Below are positions 54,932 through 63,929 of a stretch of 64,000 nt of DNA, in pieces (position 1 is the stretch's first letter; each line of letters starts with the position of its first letter). Under the pieces are notes generated by a model. It worked only from the letters and a program-made list of their open reading frames with translations, was not told the DNA's origin and searched no databases. The position numbers and the translations under genes were made by a program. Source of the DNA: Victivallales bacterium (GTDB taxonomy: Bacteria > Verrucomicrobiota > Lentisphaeria > Victivallales > UBA1829); the NCBI GenBank assembly GCA_016285345.1, contig JAEEQN010000011.1, positions 7,448-71,447 of the forward strand, written 5' to 3'.

Positions 54932-56734
54932 TCACTCCTCCTCGTTTTTCGCCTTGCGGGTCATGAGCTCGCGGACGACTTCGCGCGCATCGCGGCCGTC
55001 GTGGAGCGCGGCGTAGATGCCGTGGATCAGCGGCGTGTCGACGTTCCAGCGTTCGGAGAGCGCGTAGGCGGCCTCGCAGGTCTTCACGCCCTCGGCCACG
55101 ACCATGTTCATGGACCTGATGATCTCGTCGAGCTTGCGGCCCTTGCCCAGCTCCTCGCCGACGAACCGGTTGCGGCTGTGCTTGCTTGTGCAGGTCACGA
55201 TCAGGTCGCCGACGCCGCTCAGCCCGCTGAACGTCTCCTTCTTGCCGCCGAGGACCTTGCCCAGACGGGACATCTCGGCGATGGCGCGCGTCATCATCGC
55301 GGCCTTCGAGTTGTCGCCCATGCCGCAGCCGTCCACGATGCCGGCGGCGATGGCGTAGATGTTCTTCAGCGCGCCGCCCAGCTCCACGCCGACCACGTCG
55401 TACGACGTGTACACGCGGAAGAATTCGTTCATGAAAATGCGCTGCACGTATCCCGCGATGTCGCGGTCTTCGCACGCGGTCACGACCAGCGTCGGGATCC
55501 GGCGCGCGACTTCCTCGGCGTGGCTCGGGCCGGAGAGCGCCACGTAGTGCGTCGGGCCGAGTTCCTGGCGGCAGAGTTCGCTCATGGTCAGTAGCGAGTT
55601 CACCTCAATGCCCTTCACGATGTCCACGATGATCTGCGTGTCAGGGTTCAGGTACGGCTTGAATTTCTGGAGCACGCCGCGGAGATACTGCGATGGCGTC
55701 GCGAGCACGACCAGCCGCGCGTCCTTCACGGCAGATTCCATGTCGGCGGTGAATTCCAGGTCCGCCGGGATCGGCACGCCCGGCAGGAATTTTTTGTTTT
55801 CATGCTCGCGGTTCACGGCGTCGATGTTCTCCCGGAACGCACCCCACACCTTCACCTTGTGGCCGTTGGCGTGGAGCGTGAGCGCGAGCGCGGTGCCCCA
55901 GGCGCCGTCGCCCAGCACCGCCGCGTTGATCGCGGATTTGTCCTGAAGCGCGGAGATCGAGAGCGGCGCGACCTTCTTCTTGCGTTCGAACTTGTTTTCC
56001 GTGCCCTCGCGCAACCGCTTGATGTTGGACGCGTGCTTCGTCACGGACAGCGCGGCGAGCAGGAAAAAGAGGATCATCTCCGGCGGATTCGCGTTCGACA
56101 GCCCCGCGATCTTGTAGACCACGCAGAACACCGCGATCGACACGGCCGCCGCGATGCTCGCCAGCGACACGTAGCGCGAGGCGAAGAACACGATCACCCA
56201 CACGGCCCCGGCGGACAGCAGCGACAGCGGATTCAGCGCCAGGATCGCGCCCGCCGCCGTCGAAACGCCCTTCCCGCCCTTGAAGTTCAGGTACACCGGC
56301 CAGATGTGCCCGCAGACCGCCGCGAACGCCGCCACGCAGGCGAGCAGTCCGCCCGGATCCGGCAGGCAGGCTTCCATCTTCAGCCATTCGGGCAAGTGCT
56401 CCACCACGAACTGCGAGGATTCGCGGTCGGAGAGCATGGAGGCGGCGATCACGGGGACCGCGCCCTTCAGGAAGTCGAGGAAGAAGCACAGGCGGCCCCA
56501 GCCCTTGCCGAGCACGCGCGTAACATTCGTGGCGCCGATGTTGCCGCTGCCGTGCCTGCGGATGTCGATGCCCCGGACCGTTTTGCCGAGGAGGAATCCG
56601 AACGGGATGGCCCCGACGAGGTAGGAGCCGAGCGCGATCACGGTGATGGAAATACCGATGCCGACTGGAGTATTGGGAATCGTCATAAGAATCTTTGCTT
56701 TTTCCGCGGTATGTGTTATATTAAAGTGTATCAT
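54932..56734 (-). CDS. Fusion protein: acyl-phosphate glycerol-3-phosphate acyltransferase PlsY (N-terminal) + NAD(P)H-dependent glycerol-3-phosphate dehydrogenase GpsA (C-terminal)
   Basis: PlsY part: LGSYLVGAIPFGFLLGK...RRHGSGNIGATNVTRVLGK...NFKGGKGVSTAAG. GpsA part: AAVLGDGAWGTALALTL...NKKFLPGV...GALKNIYAIAAG. Single uninterrupted frame. An alternative ATG lies at 56686. Confidence 0.88.
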   Translation of the reverse strand: MIHFNITHTAEKAKILMTIPNTPVGIGISITVIALGSYLVGAIPFGFLLGKTVRGIDIRRHGSGNIGATNVTRVLGKGWGRLCFFLDFLKGAVPVIAASMLSDRESSQFVVEHLPEWLKMEACLPDPGGLLACVAAFAAVCGHIWPVYLNFKGGKGVSTAAGAILALNPLSLLSAGAVWVIVFFASRYVSLASIAAAVSIAVFCVVYKIAGLSNANPPEMILFFLLAALSVTKHASNIKRLREGTENKFERKKKVAPLSISALQDKSAINAAVLGDGAWGTALALTLHANGHKVKVWGAFRENIDAVNREHENKKFLPGVPIPADLEFTADMESAVKDARLVVLATPSQYLRGVLQKFKPYLNPDTQIIVDIVKGIEVNSLLTMSELCRQELGPTHYVALSGPSHAEEVARRIPTLVVTACEDRDIAGYVQRIFMNEFFRVYTSYDVVGVELGGALKNIYAIAAGIVDGCGMGDNSKAAMMTRAIAEMSRLGKVLGGKKETFSGLSGVGDLIVTCTSKHSRNRFVGEELGKGRKLDEIIRSMNMVVAEGVKTCEAAYALSERWNVDTPLIHGIYAALHDGRDAREVVRELMTRKAKNEEE

Positions 56735-56784
56735 TCAATTTAACTTCATTTCCGTCCTTTTTCAAGCGAGGAGGTCCTTTTTCC

Positions 56785-57915
56785 ATGGAAAAAAATGTTC
56801 AGGCGCGTCTGATCGCCGCCACCACCGCCGAATCCGCCGACCTCGTCTACGGGTCCGGGTTCTTCGCTCCCGACGAGTTCATCTACGCCGAGATCGGCAA
56901 TAAACGCTATGTCTTCGTCTCCGTGCTGGAGATCGCCCGCGCCCGCCGCGAAGTCCGCCCCGGCATCGAGGTGGTCGATTTCGCCGACGTCCTGAAACAG
57001 GCCCCGCAGGACTGCAAGCGCTGTCTCGTGGCCGCCATCAGCAAAGTCTACGGCGTGACCCGCTGGCAGGTGCCCGAACGCTTCCCGCTCATCTTCGCCG
57101 AAAAGCTCCGCGCCGCCGGAGTCGAGGTCGTCATGGCGGACGGCCCCTTCTTCCCCGAACGCGCCGTGAAGCGTCCGGACGAGATCGAAAAGCTCCGCGC
57201 CGCCGAGGCCGCCACGCAGGAAGCCCAGCTCCAGGTGCGCGACTTCATCGCCGAGGCCACAGTCAACTCGCAGGGCTTCCTCGAATGGCACGGCAAGGTC
57301 CTGACCTGCGAATTCATCCGCGCCGAGGTCGAAGCCGAGTTCAAGCGCAAATCCTATTCCGCCGTCGGCACCATCATCTCCTGCGGCCCCGATTCCGCCC
57401 TGCCCCACTGCATCGGCAGCGGCCCCATCAAGGCGGGCGCGCCCGTCGTCTCCGACATCTTCCCGCGCAGCGACGTCAACGGCTACTGGGGCGACATGAC
57501 CCGCACGTTCGTGAAGGGCAAGGCGAGCAAGCGCCTCTTCGAGATGTACAAGGCGGTCCGCTACGTGAACGAGGCGGTCGAAGCCCAGCTGAAGCCCGGC
57601 GTCCCGTGCAGCCTCATGCAGGATTTCTGCATCAAGTCGCTCGCCGAAGCCGGATTCAAGACCGGCGTCGACGACGAGGGCTATCCCTGCGGCTACTTCC
57701 ACGGCCTCGGACACAGCGTCGGACTTGAGATCCACGAACAGCCCCGGTTCTCCGCGCGCAATTTCGAGCTGCTCCAGCCCGGAAACGTCATCACGGTCGA
57801 ACCCGGCCTGTACTACCACGACATCGGCGGCGTCCGCATCGAGGACCTCGTGCTCATCACCGAAACCGGCATCGAAAACTTCTGCACCATGCCGAAGGAC
57901 ATCGAAGTGCCGTAG
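56785..57915 (+). CDS. M24-family Xaa-Pro aminopeptidase
   Basis: VVSDIFPRSDVNGYWGDMTRTF, HGLGHSVGLEIHE, VITVEPGLY and GGVRIED. Confidence 0.85.
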   Translation: MEKNVQARLIAATTAESADLVYGSGFFAPDEFIYAEIGNKRYVFVSVLEIARARREVRPGIEVVDFADVLKQAPQDCKRCLVAAISKVYGVTRWQVPERFPLIFAEKLRAAGVEVVMADGPFFPERAVKRPDEIEKLRAAEAATQEAQLQVRDFIAEATVNSQGFLEWHGKVLTCEFIRAEVEAEFKRKSYSAVGTIISCGPDSALPHCIGSGPIKAGAPVVSDIFPRSDVNGYWGDMTRTFVKGKASKRLFEMYKAVRYVNEAVEAQLKPGVPCSLMQDFCIKSLAEAGFKTGVDDEGYPCGYFHGLGHSVGLEIHEQPRFSARNFELLQPGNVITVEPGLYYHDIGGVRIEDLVLITETGIENFCTMPKDIEVP

Positions 57916-57948
57916 TCAACGCGGCAATACTGCTTTCCCAACATACGC

Positions 57949-58267
57949 CATTGAAAAGTTGCCTTGTTTGATAGCCAAGTTTTCAATGGTGTGTTTCATT
58001 TTTTCGGGTTCAAGCTCGCCTCGCGGAGCCGGATTCGGTCTTTTTCATTGAAAAGTTGCCTTGTTTGATAGGCAAGTTTTCAATGACATGTTTCTTTGTT
58101 CCGAGCTCGGACGCTCCTCGCAAAGCCGGATGAGACACTTTTCATTGAAAAGTTGCCTTGTTTTATAGCCAAGTTTTCAATGAATATGTGTTTCTAGGTT
58201 CTCCGTCCGTATGGAAATGAGTGGGAGCATTGAACAAAAACTGCTTTTTTGACAAAAGTGTTCAGTG
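57949..58267 (+). repeat. Tandem 97-bp array: three conserved 40-nt hairpins plus one degenerate fourth copy
   Basis: CATTGAAAAGTTGCC-ttgttt(g/t)ata-G(C/G)CAAGTTTTCAATG at 57949-57988, 58046-58085 and 58143-58182. Degenerate copy CATTGAACAAAAACTG...GTGTTCAGTG at 58228-58267. The 57-nt linkers are about 60% identical. Confidence 0.9.
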
Positions 58268-58500
58268 GTCAAGTTCAAATCAACAACAAGAATACTGTCA
58301 TTCCTCTTTGCCGGACATTGGGGCTTCATGTTTCCATGGATGGAAGCGGGCTTTTTCGTTTTTTGAGGCGGGAAAGCAGAAAGTTAAGAGTTTTTTTGCA
58401 AAGACGCTTTTTCCGCTTGCTTTTTTATGAATCCGTGGTATGGTATAAGGACAGATACGGCATCCGCCTGCCCTCCCCGACACCATAATGGAGAAATGAC

Positions 58501-59622
58501 ATGAAAGATCGGTTCCCGAGCTTGCTGATAAGCTGTTTCGCGCTAGCGTTATTTGGCTTTTTCGCTTTCGTCTTTTCCCATGGCGACACCCGGAATGCGG
58601 AAAAGACGCCTTGGGACAACTGGAACGAAAAGGTCTTTCTTCCCGCGTCTGATTTCCGCGAACAACTGGCGAAAGATCACGGGTTTTCCGTTACCATACC
58701 GCCGTCTTTTACCAATGACGGCATCATCGGGATGTATATCGGCATCAAAAAACCGGAACAGGCCGCGGCGATCCTGCGCGATCTCCATGAACGGAAACGT
58801 CTGTCGCCGGAGTTGAAGGATGAGACGTTCGGCGTGAAGATCGCCGTCGACCATCCGCATGACGTCTACTTGAGCGAGGAGAAGAGCATACCGCCGATCC
58901 TGGTCATCCGCACGATGCTGCCCGCGCCGGGACGGACCGAATTCCAGGGAATATATCAAGGGTGGACAAGCGACGTGGTGATCGAAAACGGCATCGGCAG
59001 CGTCAGCCGGACCTTCGCGCCGGACGCGTTTTATTATCCCGCCGACGGTTCCGGCGAAGCGGAAGCGTTCATTCGCACTCTCGCGGAGGCTCCGCCCCCC
59101 ACCGAACAGGAGATCGCGGACTGGAGGAAGCAGCAGAAAGCGGAAAACGATGTTTACGAGGAGATGACATCCAACATGAGTGGCCACTACGAGAAGTTTT
59201 ACGCGCCCCATTATCTTTCCGAGCTCGACCAAGGATTTGTTCTGGCGACCTTCCTCGACTTCATTTTCACGATCATCCTTTTTGCTTTCTATTTCCAGTA
59301 CAAAGAAATGCGCGGACGTCTGCTGCCGTTATGGATCCTCACCTTGCTGCACACGATCCTGTTTCCCGTGATAAACAGTATCCCGTTCGACAAGGTCGAG
59401 TCTTGGGGCGGCATCGTAGAACGTGCTTTCGGCATCGCACTCGCCGTTTATTTCCTTGCGCCGCCCGTCCTGTTCCTGTTTGTCCTGATCTATGCGATCA
59501 CGCTGGGGGAATCGAAACGCATGAACTGGCGCATCGGGCTTGCCGCCTGCCTTTTCGCGGTCAATTTCCTCATTCAGGGGATTCTCCTGTTTCTCGTATG
59601 GGCTCATGGACAGGGCGGATAA
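58501..59622 (+). CDS. Hypothetical membrane protein: N-terminal anchor + ~230-aa extracytoplasmic domain + C-terminal 4-TM module
   Basis: 373 aa. The C-terminal module (LLPLWILTLLHTILFPV...KRMNWRIGLAACLFAVNFLIQGILLFL) is homologous to the next gene. Confidence 0.6.
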   Translation: MKDRFPSLLISCFALALFGFFAFVFSHGDTRNAEKTPWDNWNEKVFLPASDFREQLAKDHGFSVTIPPSFTNDGIIGMYIGIKKPEQAAAILRDLHERKRLSPELKDETFGVKIAVDHPHDVYLSEEKSIPPILVIRTMLPAPGRTEFQGIYQGWTSDVVIENGIGSVSRTFAPDAFYYPADGSGEAEAFIRTLAEAPPPTEQEIADWRKQQKAENDVYEEMTSNMSGHYEKFYAPHYLSELDQGFVLATFLDFIFTIILFAFYFQYKEMRGRLLPLWILTLLHTILFPVINSIPFDKVESWGGIVERAFGIALAVYFLAPPVLFLFVLIYAITLGESKRMNWRIGLAACLFAVNFLIQGILLFLVWAHGQGG

Positions 59623-59685
59623 ATCCGTCAGCATACCCAGACGAAGAAAACAACTGGAAACAACAAACGGGACCGGAGGACGGAA

Positions 59686-60096
59686 ATGGAGAACATACAG
59701 GACGCTTTCCTGGGGAGCTTATTCTGGGACTGCATCACGATCGGGATACTTTTCTTCATCGACAGACAGCAGCGCAAAGAAGTTCACCGGTATCTGCCGC
59801 CGTTAATGATCCTGTGCATCCTGCATGCGGCGCTGATGATCCTGATGAGCTGTTTCCCGTTTTTTCCCGGCGGAAAGACGACTGACATCGTATTCGGCAT
59901 TCTGAACTATGTCGCGATATACGCCCCTTTCGCTTTCCTGCTGTTTTTCTGGGGGTACACATTTTTGCTGATAAAAAACAACCGCATGAATCTGTTTTTG
60001 TGTATCGTCGCCTTCGTTTTCGACATAAACGCTTTCATTCAATGCGTTTACGCGATCTTTATTCACGACTTTGCGTTTTCGGGCAAAGGCCCCTGA
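59686..60096 (+). CDS. Hypothetical 4-TM membrane protein, paralogous to the C-terminus of the preceding gene
   Basis: YLPPLMILCILHAALMIL...NNRMNLFLCIVAFVFDINAFIQCVYAIFI aligns with the module of the 58501 gene. Confidence 0.55.
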   Translation: MENIQDAFLGSLFWDCITIGILFFIDRQQRKEVHRYLPPLMILCILHAALMILMSCFPFFPGGKTTDIVFGILNYVAIYAPFAFLLFFWGYTFLLIKNNRMNLFLCIVAFVFDINAFIQCVYAIFIHDFAFSGKGP

Positions 60097-60111
60097 CCGT
60101 TCGAGGTCAGC

Positions 60112-60936
60112 TCACGCCTGATAGTAGCAGGCGACGGTGACGTTGTCGTAGCCGCCGCGTTTCAGGGCGATGGCGATCAGCTCGCGCACGGCTTCCTGCG
60201 CGGAATGAATCCGGTTCATCACGTCGCGGATCTCCGGGTCGGACGCGTGGCACATCAGGCCGTCGGAGCACACGATGAACTTGTCGCCGTGTTTGCGGTC
60301 GAAGATATGGATCTCCGGGTCCAGATTGCGCTGCTGTCCGATCGACTTGTAGATCACGTGCGACATCGGGTGAATCTTCGCGTCCGCCTCCGAGATCGCG
60401 CCCTCGCGCAGCCATTTCTGCACCAGCGAATGATCCTCGGTGAGGCATTCGATCCCGCCGTCGCGGAACCTGTACACGCGGCTGTCGCCGGCATGCGCGA
60501 CCACGATCTGGTCCTGAAGCAACGCGGCAGCGGCGACGGTCGTGCCCATGGGCGCGGAGAGCGTGCCCTGGTCGGCGTTGATGCCGTACACGGTTTTGTT
60601 GATATCCTCCAGCGCGTCCCGGAAGAACCCGGCGGTCGCGTCCGCACGGGGCATCAGCCTCGCTGTGAAGCGTTTCCAATGCGCCAGCAGGCTTTTCGCC
60701 GTGAACTGGCTGGCGAGGTCGCCGCCGCTGTTCCCCCCCACGCCGTCCGCCACAAAGAGCAGCGCGCAGCCGTTCCCGGGATCGGCGAACGTGCCGAAAC
60801 TGTCCTCGTTGTGTTCGCGCTGGAACCCCGGATGGGAGTCGCCGGCAACGCTCGACGCGGAGGCCGGGAAAAGCTCGATGACCTGCGTCCTGGATGGCGA
60901 ATCCAGCATGGTTCCGTCCTGTTTGCGTGTTGACAT
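60112..60936 (-). CDS. PP2C-family Ser/Thr protein phosphatase
   Basis: REHNEDSF, LFVADGVGGNSGGDLAS, VAHAGDSRVY, CSDGL, and GGYDNVTV at the C-terminus. Confidence 0.88.
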   Translation of the reverse strand: MSTRKQDGTMLDSPSRTQVIELFPASASSVAGDSHPGFQREHNEDSFGTFADPGNGCALLFVADGVGGNSGGDLASQFTAKSLLAHWKRFTARLMPRADATAGFFRDALEDINKTVYGINADQGTLSAPMGTTVAAAALLQDQIVVAHAGDSRVYRFRDGGIECLTEDHSLVQKWLREGAISEADAKIHPMSHVIYKSIGQQRNLDPEIHIFDRKHGDKFIVCSDGLMCHASDPEIRDVMNRIHSAQEAVRELIAIALKRGGYDNVTVACYYQA

Positions 60937-61026
60937 GTCGGTTCCGCGGTTGGAGGTTGGTTATTGAAAACTATCGTTTCTAATGTATCACATTTCCTGC
61001 GAAAAGCAAGTATATTTCGGTCAAAA

Positions 61027-62124
61027 TCACGCCTTCGTAGCGCGTTTTCCGCGGTCGAACACGAAGAAGACCGAACAGGACAGCGCCACGAGGAGCGTCA
61101 CCATCGTGACCAGGATCGGGATCACGCCGCTCTCCGTGTCGGTGAACCCCATGGCGGTCATCATCTCGGCGCAGGCGATATCGCGCGTGCCGGTGCCGCC
61201 GAAGGATCCCGGAATCGCCGCGATTGTCTGGCTCACGTTCGAGATCATGAGGCACGGCAGGAAATCCCGGTGAGGCGCGCCCTCGAATCCGTTCGCCATC
61301 ACCCACACGGGCAGGCTGAGCACGGGGAAGAAGATCAGCGTGGTGGCGACGACCCAGCCGAGCAGGAGCTTCCAGCAGCGGCGGTACAGCGCCACAGCGT
61401 CCGCGGCGCGTTTGAACGTGTCCTTCGTGATGCGGTCGGCGATGTCGAGGAAAAACTTGAAGAACTTCACCTTGTACAGCAGGTCGCTGAAGAAGACGAA
61501 GATCACGACGCACAATAGCGCGCCGCAAACGGCGCACATCACCAGCAGGCCGTTGCGCTGCCCCTCGGGGAACTTCGCGATCGTGTCGCGGCAGATCAGG
61601 CACGTCCCGAGCAGGGCGATCAGCAGCGCGCCGAGGCCGCACAGACGGTCCACAAAGATCGAAAACACCACATTGAACTTGCCGCCGGGGGGCGTCCGCG
61701 TGGCGAGAATGCCCGCCTTCACCACGTCGCCGCCGACCGAGCCGCCCGGCAGGAACTGCGAGAAGAACATCCCCTGCATCTGGAGGCTGAACGCCTCGCG
61801 GAAGGAGCATTTCACGCCCGCGGCGCGCAGAAGCGTGAACCAGCGGACGGCGGTCAGGGAGAGCTGGGTATAGATGGCGAAGAAAGCGGCGACGATGCAC
61901 CATGGTTTCACGAGTTTGAAGTCCTGCCACTTGATGTCGCGCGTGCAGACGATGTACGTGAGGATGCCTGCCGAAACGCCGAATTTGAGGAGGAATTTCA
62001 GGGTCTTTTTCCAGGCGGGTTCCGGTTTCTTTTCCTGTGCGCCGGACATGACGGTTTCAGCGGCGGCGGTTTCCGGCGCGACCGCATTTTCCTTCTGAAT
62101 ATCCTGAGGAGAAGATTCGTTCAT
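61027..62124 (-). CDS. Lysylphosphatidylglycerol-synthase-TM-region (UPF0104, flippase-like) family membrane protein
   Basis: ATGA overlap with the trmL stop. KKTLKFLLKFGVSAGILTYIV plus about 8 TM helices. The ORF-track start at 62523 runs through trmL. Confidence 0.5.
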   Translation of the reverse strand: MNESSPQDIQKENAVAPETAAAETVMSGAQEKKPEPAWKKTLKFLLKFGVSAGILTYIVCTRDIKWQDFKLVKPWCIVAAFFAIYTQLSLTAVRWFTLLRAAGVKCSFREAFSLQMQGMFFSQFLPGGSVGGDVVKAGILATRTPPGGKFNVVFSIFVDRLCGLGALLIALLGTCLICRDTIAKFPEGQRNGLLVMCAVCGALLCVVIFVFFSDLLYKVKFFKFFLDIADRITKDTFKRAADAVALYRRCWKLLLGWVVATTLIFFPVLSLPVWVMANGFEGAPHRDFLPCLMISNVSQTIAAIPGSFGGTGTRDIACAEMMTAMGFTDTESGVIPILVTMVTLLVALSCSVFFVFDRGKRATKA

Positions 62125-62606
62125 GACAGCTTTCCTGTTCCCGGCAGGATCCGGCGCAGTCCCTCGTACACGGCAATCGCGGTCGAGTTGGCCAGATTCA
62201 GGCTCCGGTTGAAGTTCCCCGGCATGGGGATGGTGTAGAACTGAGGCGCATACGCGTCGTGCAGATACTGCGGCAGGCCCTTGCTCTCGCTGCCGAAGAC
62301 GAGGAACGAGCCGCGCTCGAACGGGCAGTCCCAGTAGCACTGTTTCGCCTTGGTCGAGAAGAAATACATCGGCGCTCCGGCGGCGGCTTTCAGCACGGAC
62401 TCGAAATCCTCGTGGATGACGCAGTCCACGTGCCGCCAGTAGTCCATCCCGGCGCGCTTCAGGTGCGCGTCGTCGAACGAAAACGAGATGGGTTTCACCA
62501 GGTGCAGGCGGCATTCCGTGCAACAGGCGATGCGTCCGATGTTCCCCGTGTTCTGGGGGATCTCGGGGGCATGCAGAACGATATGAAACAGAGGATCGGA
62601 GGGCAT
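62121..62606 (-). CDS. trmL: tRNA (cytidine/uridine-2'-O)-methyltransferase TrmL
   Basis: FHIVLHAPEIPQNTGNIGRIACCTECRLHLVKP...LVFGSESKGLP...SLNLANSTAIAVYE. Confidence 0.88.
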   Translation of the reverse strand: MPSDPLFHIVLHAPEIPQNTGNIGRIACCTECRLHLVKPISFSFDDAHLKRAGMDYWRHVDCVIHEDFESVLKAAAGAPMYFFSTKAKQCYWDCPFERGSFLVFGSESKGLPQYLHDAYAPQFYTIPMPGNFNRSLNLANSTAIAVYEGLRRILPGTGKLS

Positions 62607-62629
62607 AGAGGAAATTGTACTCCAGGAAG

Positions 62630-63910
62630 TCAGTTATTCAGACGCTGCCGAGCCTCCACATCGCCGTTCCGCGCGGCCTCGCGGTACAGCGCCAGCGCCT
62701 TTTCCAGATCGACTTCGCAGCCGGTGCCGTTCTCGTAGCAAACAGCGAGCTGGCGCTGGGCAGGAGCGCTGCCCTTGGACGCGGCACGGTTGAACCAGAA
62801 GAACGCGGCCTTGTCGTCCTTCGCAATCGGACCGTCCTTCTTCTGGAAGAGCATGCCAAGTTCGTACTGGCAGGCGGGGTGTTCCAGCTGGGCGCCGCGG
62901 GAGAAAAGTTCGGCGGCAAGTTCGGGATCCTTTTTGGTGCCGATGCCATCAAGATACCACTTGCCGAGGCGGTACAACGCCTCCGGACAGTCCTCGACCG
63001 CGGAACGCTCGATCCAGACGAGCGCGTCGTCCGAGCCTTTACCCTCGACCTCGCCGGCAGCGATCATGTCGCCGTATTTGAGCATGGCGGAGGGAAGTCC
63101 GGCCTTCGCGGCGCGTTCGTAGCACTCAAGGGCCTTTTTCGGGTCGGCCTTCACGTTGATGCCGAACTCGTAGCAGTAGCCCATGCGGGACAGCGCCTCC
63201 AGATTGCCTTTTGCGACGGCCTTTTCCAGCGCCTCGATCATCTTCTTGCCATCGGGCACGGTGCCTAAACCTGAGAAATAGCAGTCGGCGAGCACGCGCC
63301 AGGCACGCGCGGGAGCGTCCGGGCTCTTCACGACCTTCGACACCAGTTCGAACGCCTTTTCCGCGTCCTTCGCGGACACGTCGGAAGGCCGGGCGATCAG
63401 GATGGCGGCGAGCTCGACCTGAGCGGGCACATACCCGCGGTCGGCGAGCGATTGGATCATTTTTCGTCCCTTTTCCGGGTCGCGGGCGGGGATATCGGAT
63501 TCTCTGAACTTGCTGCTTTCCTCAACGGAGCGGAATTCCACGCCATTCAGCAGGACCATGGCGTACTGATATTCGGCGGGCTCAAGTTTCTTCTCGGCGG
63601 CCTTGCGGTAGCATTCGGCGGCGGCGACGGGATCGCGGTCCACGCCATGGCCGTTTTCCAGGCAGTACCCGTAGTTGTACATCGCCTCGGGGATCTCGTC
63701 GGACGCCTTGCGGAACCAGTGCGCCGCGAGCACGGGATTCGCCTTGCGCGTCTCCGTGCCGTAGAAATACTCGTTGCCGAGCGCGAACTCGGATTTCGGG
63801 TCGCCGAGCAGCGCCTTCTCGCGAAGCTCGTCCTCGGCGGCGGAAACGCGGGCGCAAAAAACGGCGGCACACCCGATCAGGAGCAAACAGATGTTTCTGC
63901 GTCCGGTCAC
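62630..63910 (-). CDS. Secreted Sel1-repeat (SLR/TPR-like) protein
   Basis: Signal peptide then about 9 Sel1 units (e.g. AAHWFRKASDEIPEAMYNYGYCLENGHGV, ALECYERAAKAGLPSAMLKYGDM, AFFWFNRAASKGSAPAQRQLAVCYENGTG). GTG start. Confidence 0.8.
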   Translation of the reverse strand: MTGRRNICLLLIGCAAVFCARVSAAEDELREKALLGDPKSEFALGNEYFYGTETRKANPVLAAHWFRKASDEIPEAMYNYGYCLENGHGVDRDPVAAAECYRKAAEKKLEPAEYQYAMVLLNGVEFRSVEESSKFRESDIPARDPEKGRKMIQSLADRGYVPAQVELAAILIARPSDVSAKDAEKAFELVSKVVKSPDAPARAWRVLADCYFSGLGTVPDGKKMIEALEKAVAKGNLEALSRMGYCYEFGINVKADPKKALECYERAAKAGLPSAMLKYGDMIAAGEVEGKGSDDALVWIERSAVEDCPEALYRLGKWYLDGIGTKKDPELAAELFSRGAQLEHPACQYELGMLFQKKDGPIAKDDKAAFFWFNRAASKGSAPAQRQLAVCYENGTGCEVDLEKALALYREAARNGDVEARQRLNN

Positions 63911-63929
63911 GATGCACCGCCCGATGCGG

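Noticed and set aside
57949-58267. CRISPR array
   Set aside because: The 40-nt repeats at a regular period look CRISPR-like at first glance. However, the 57-nt 'spacers' are homologous to each other, there are only 3-4 units, the repeats are long perfect hairpins, and no cas genes are nearby. It is a tandem duplication of a 97-bp unit.
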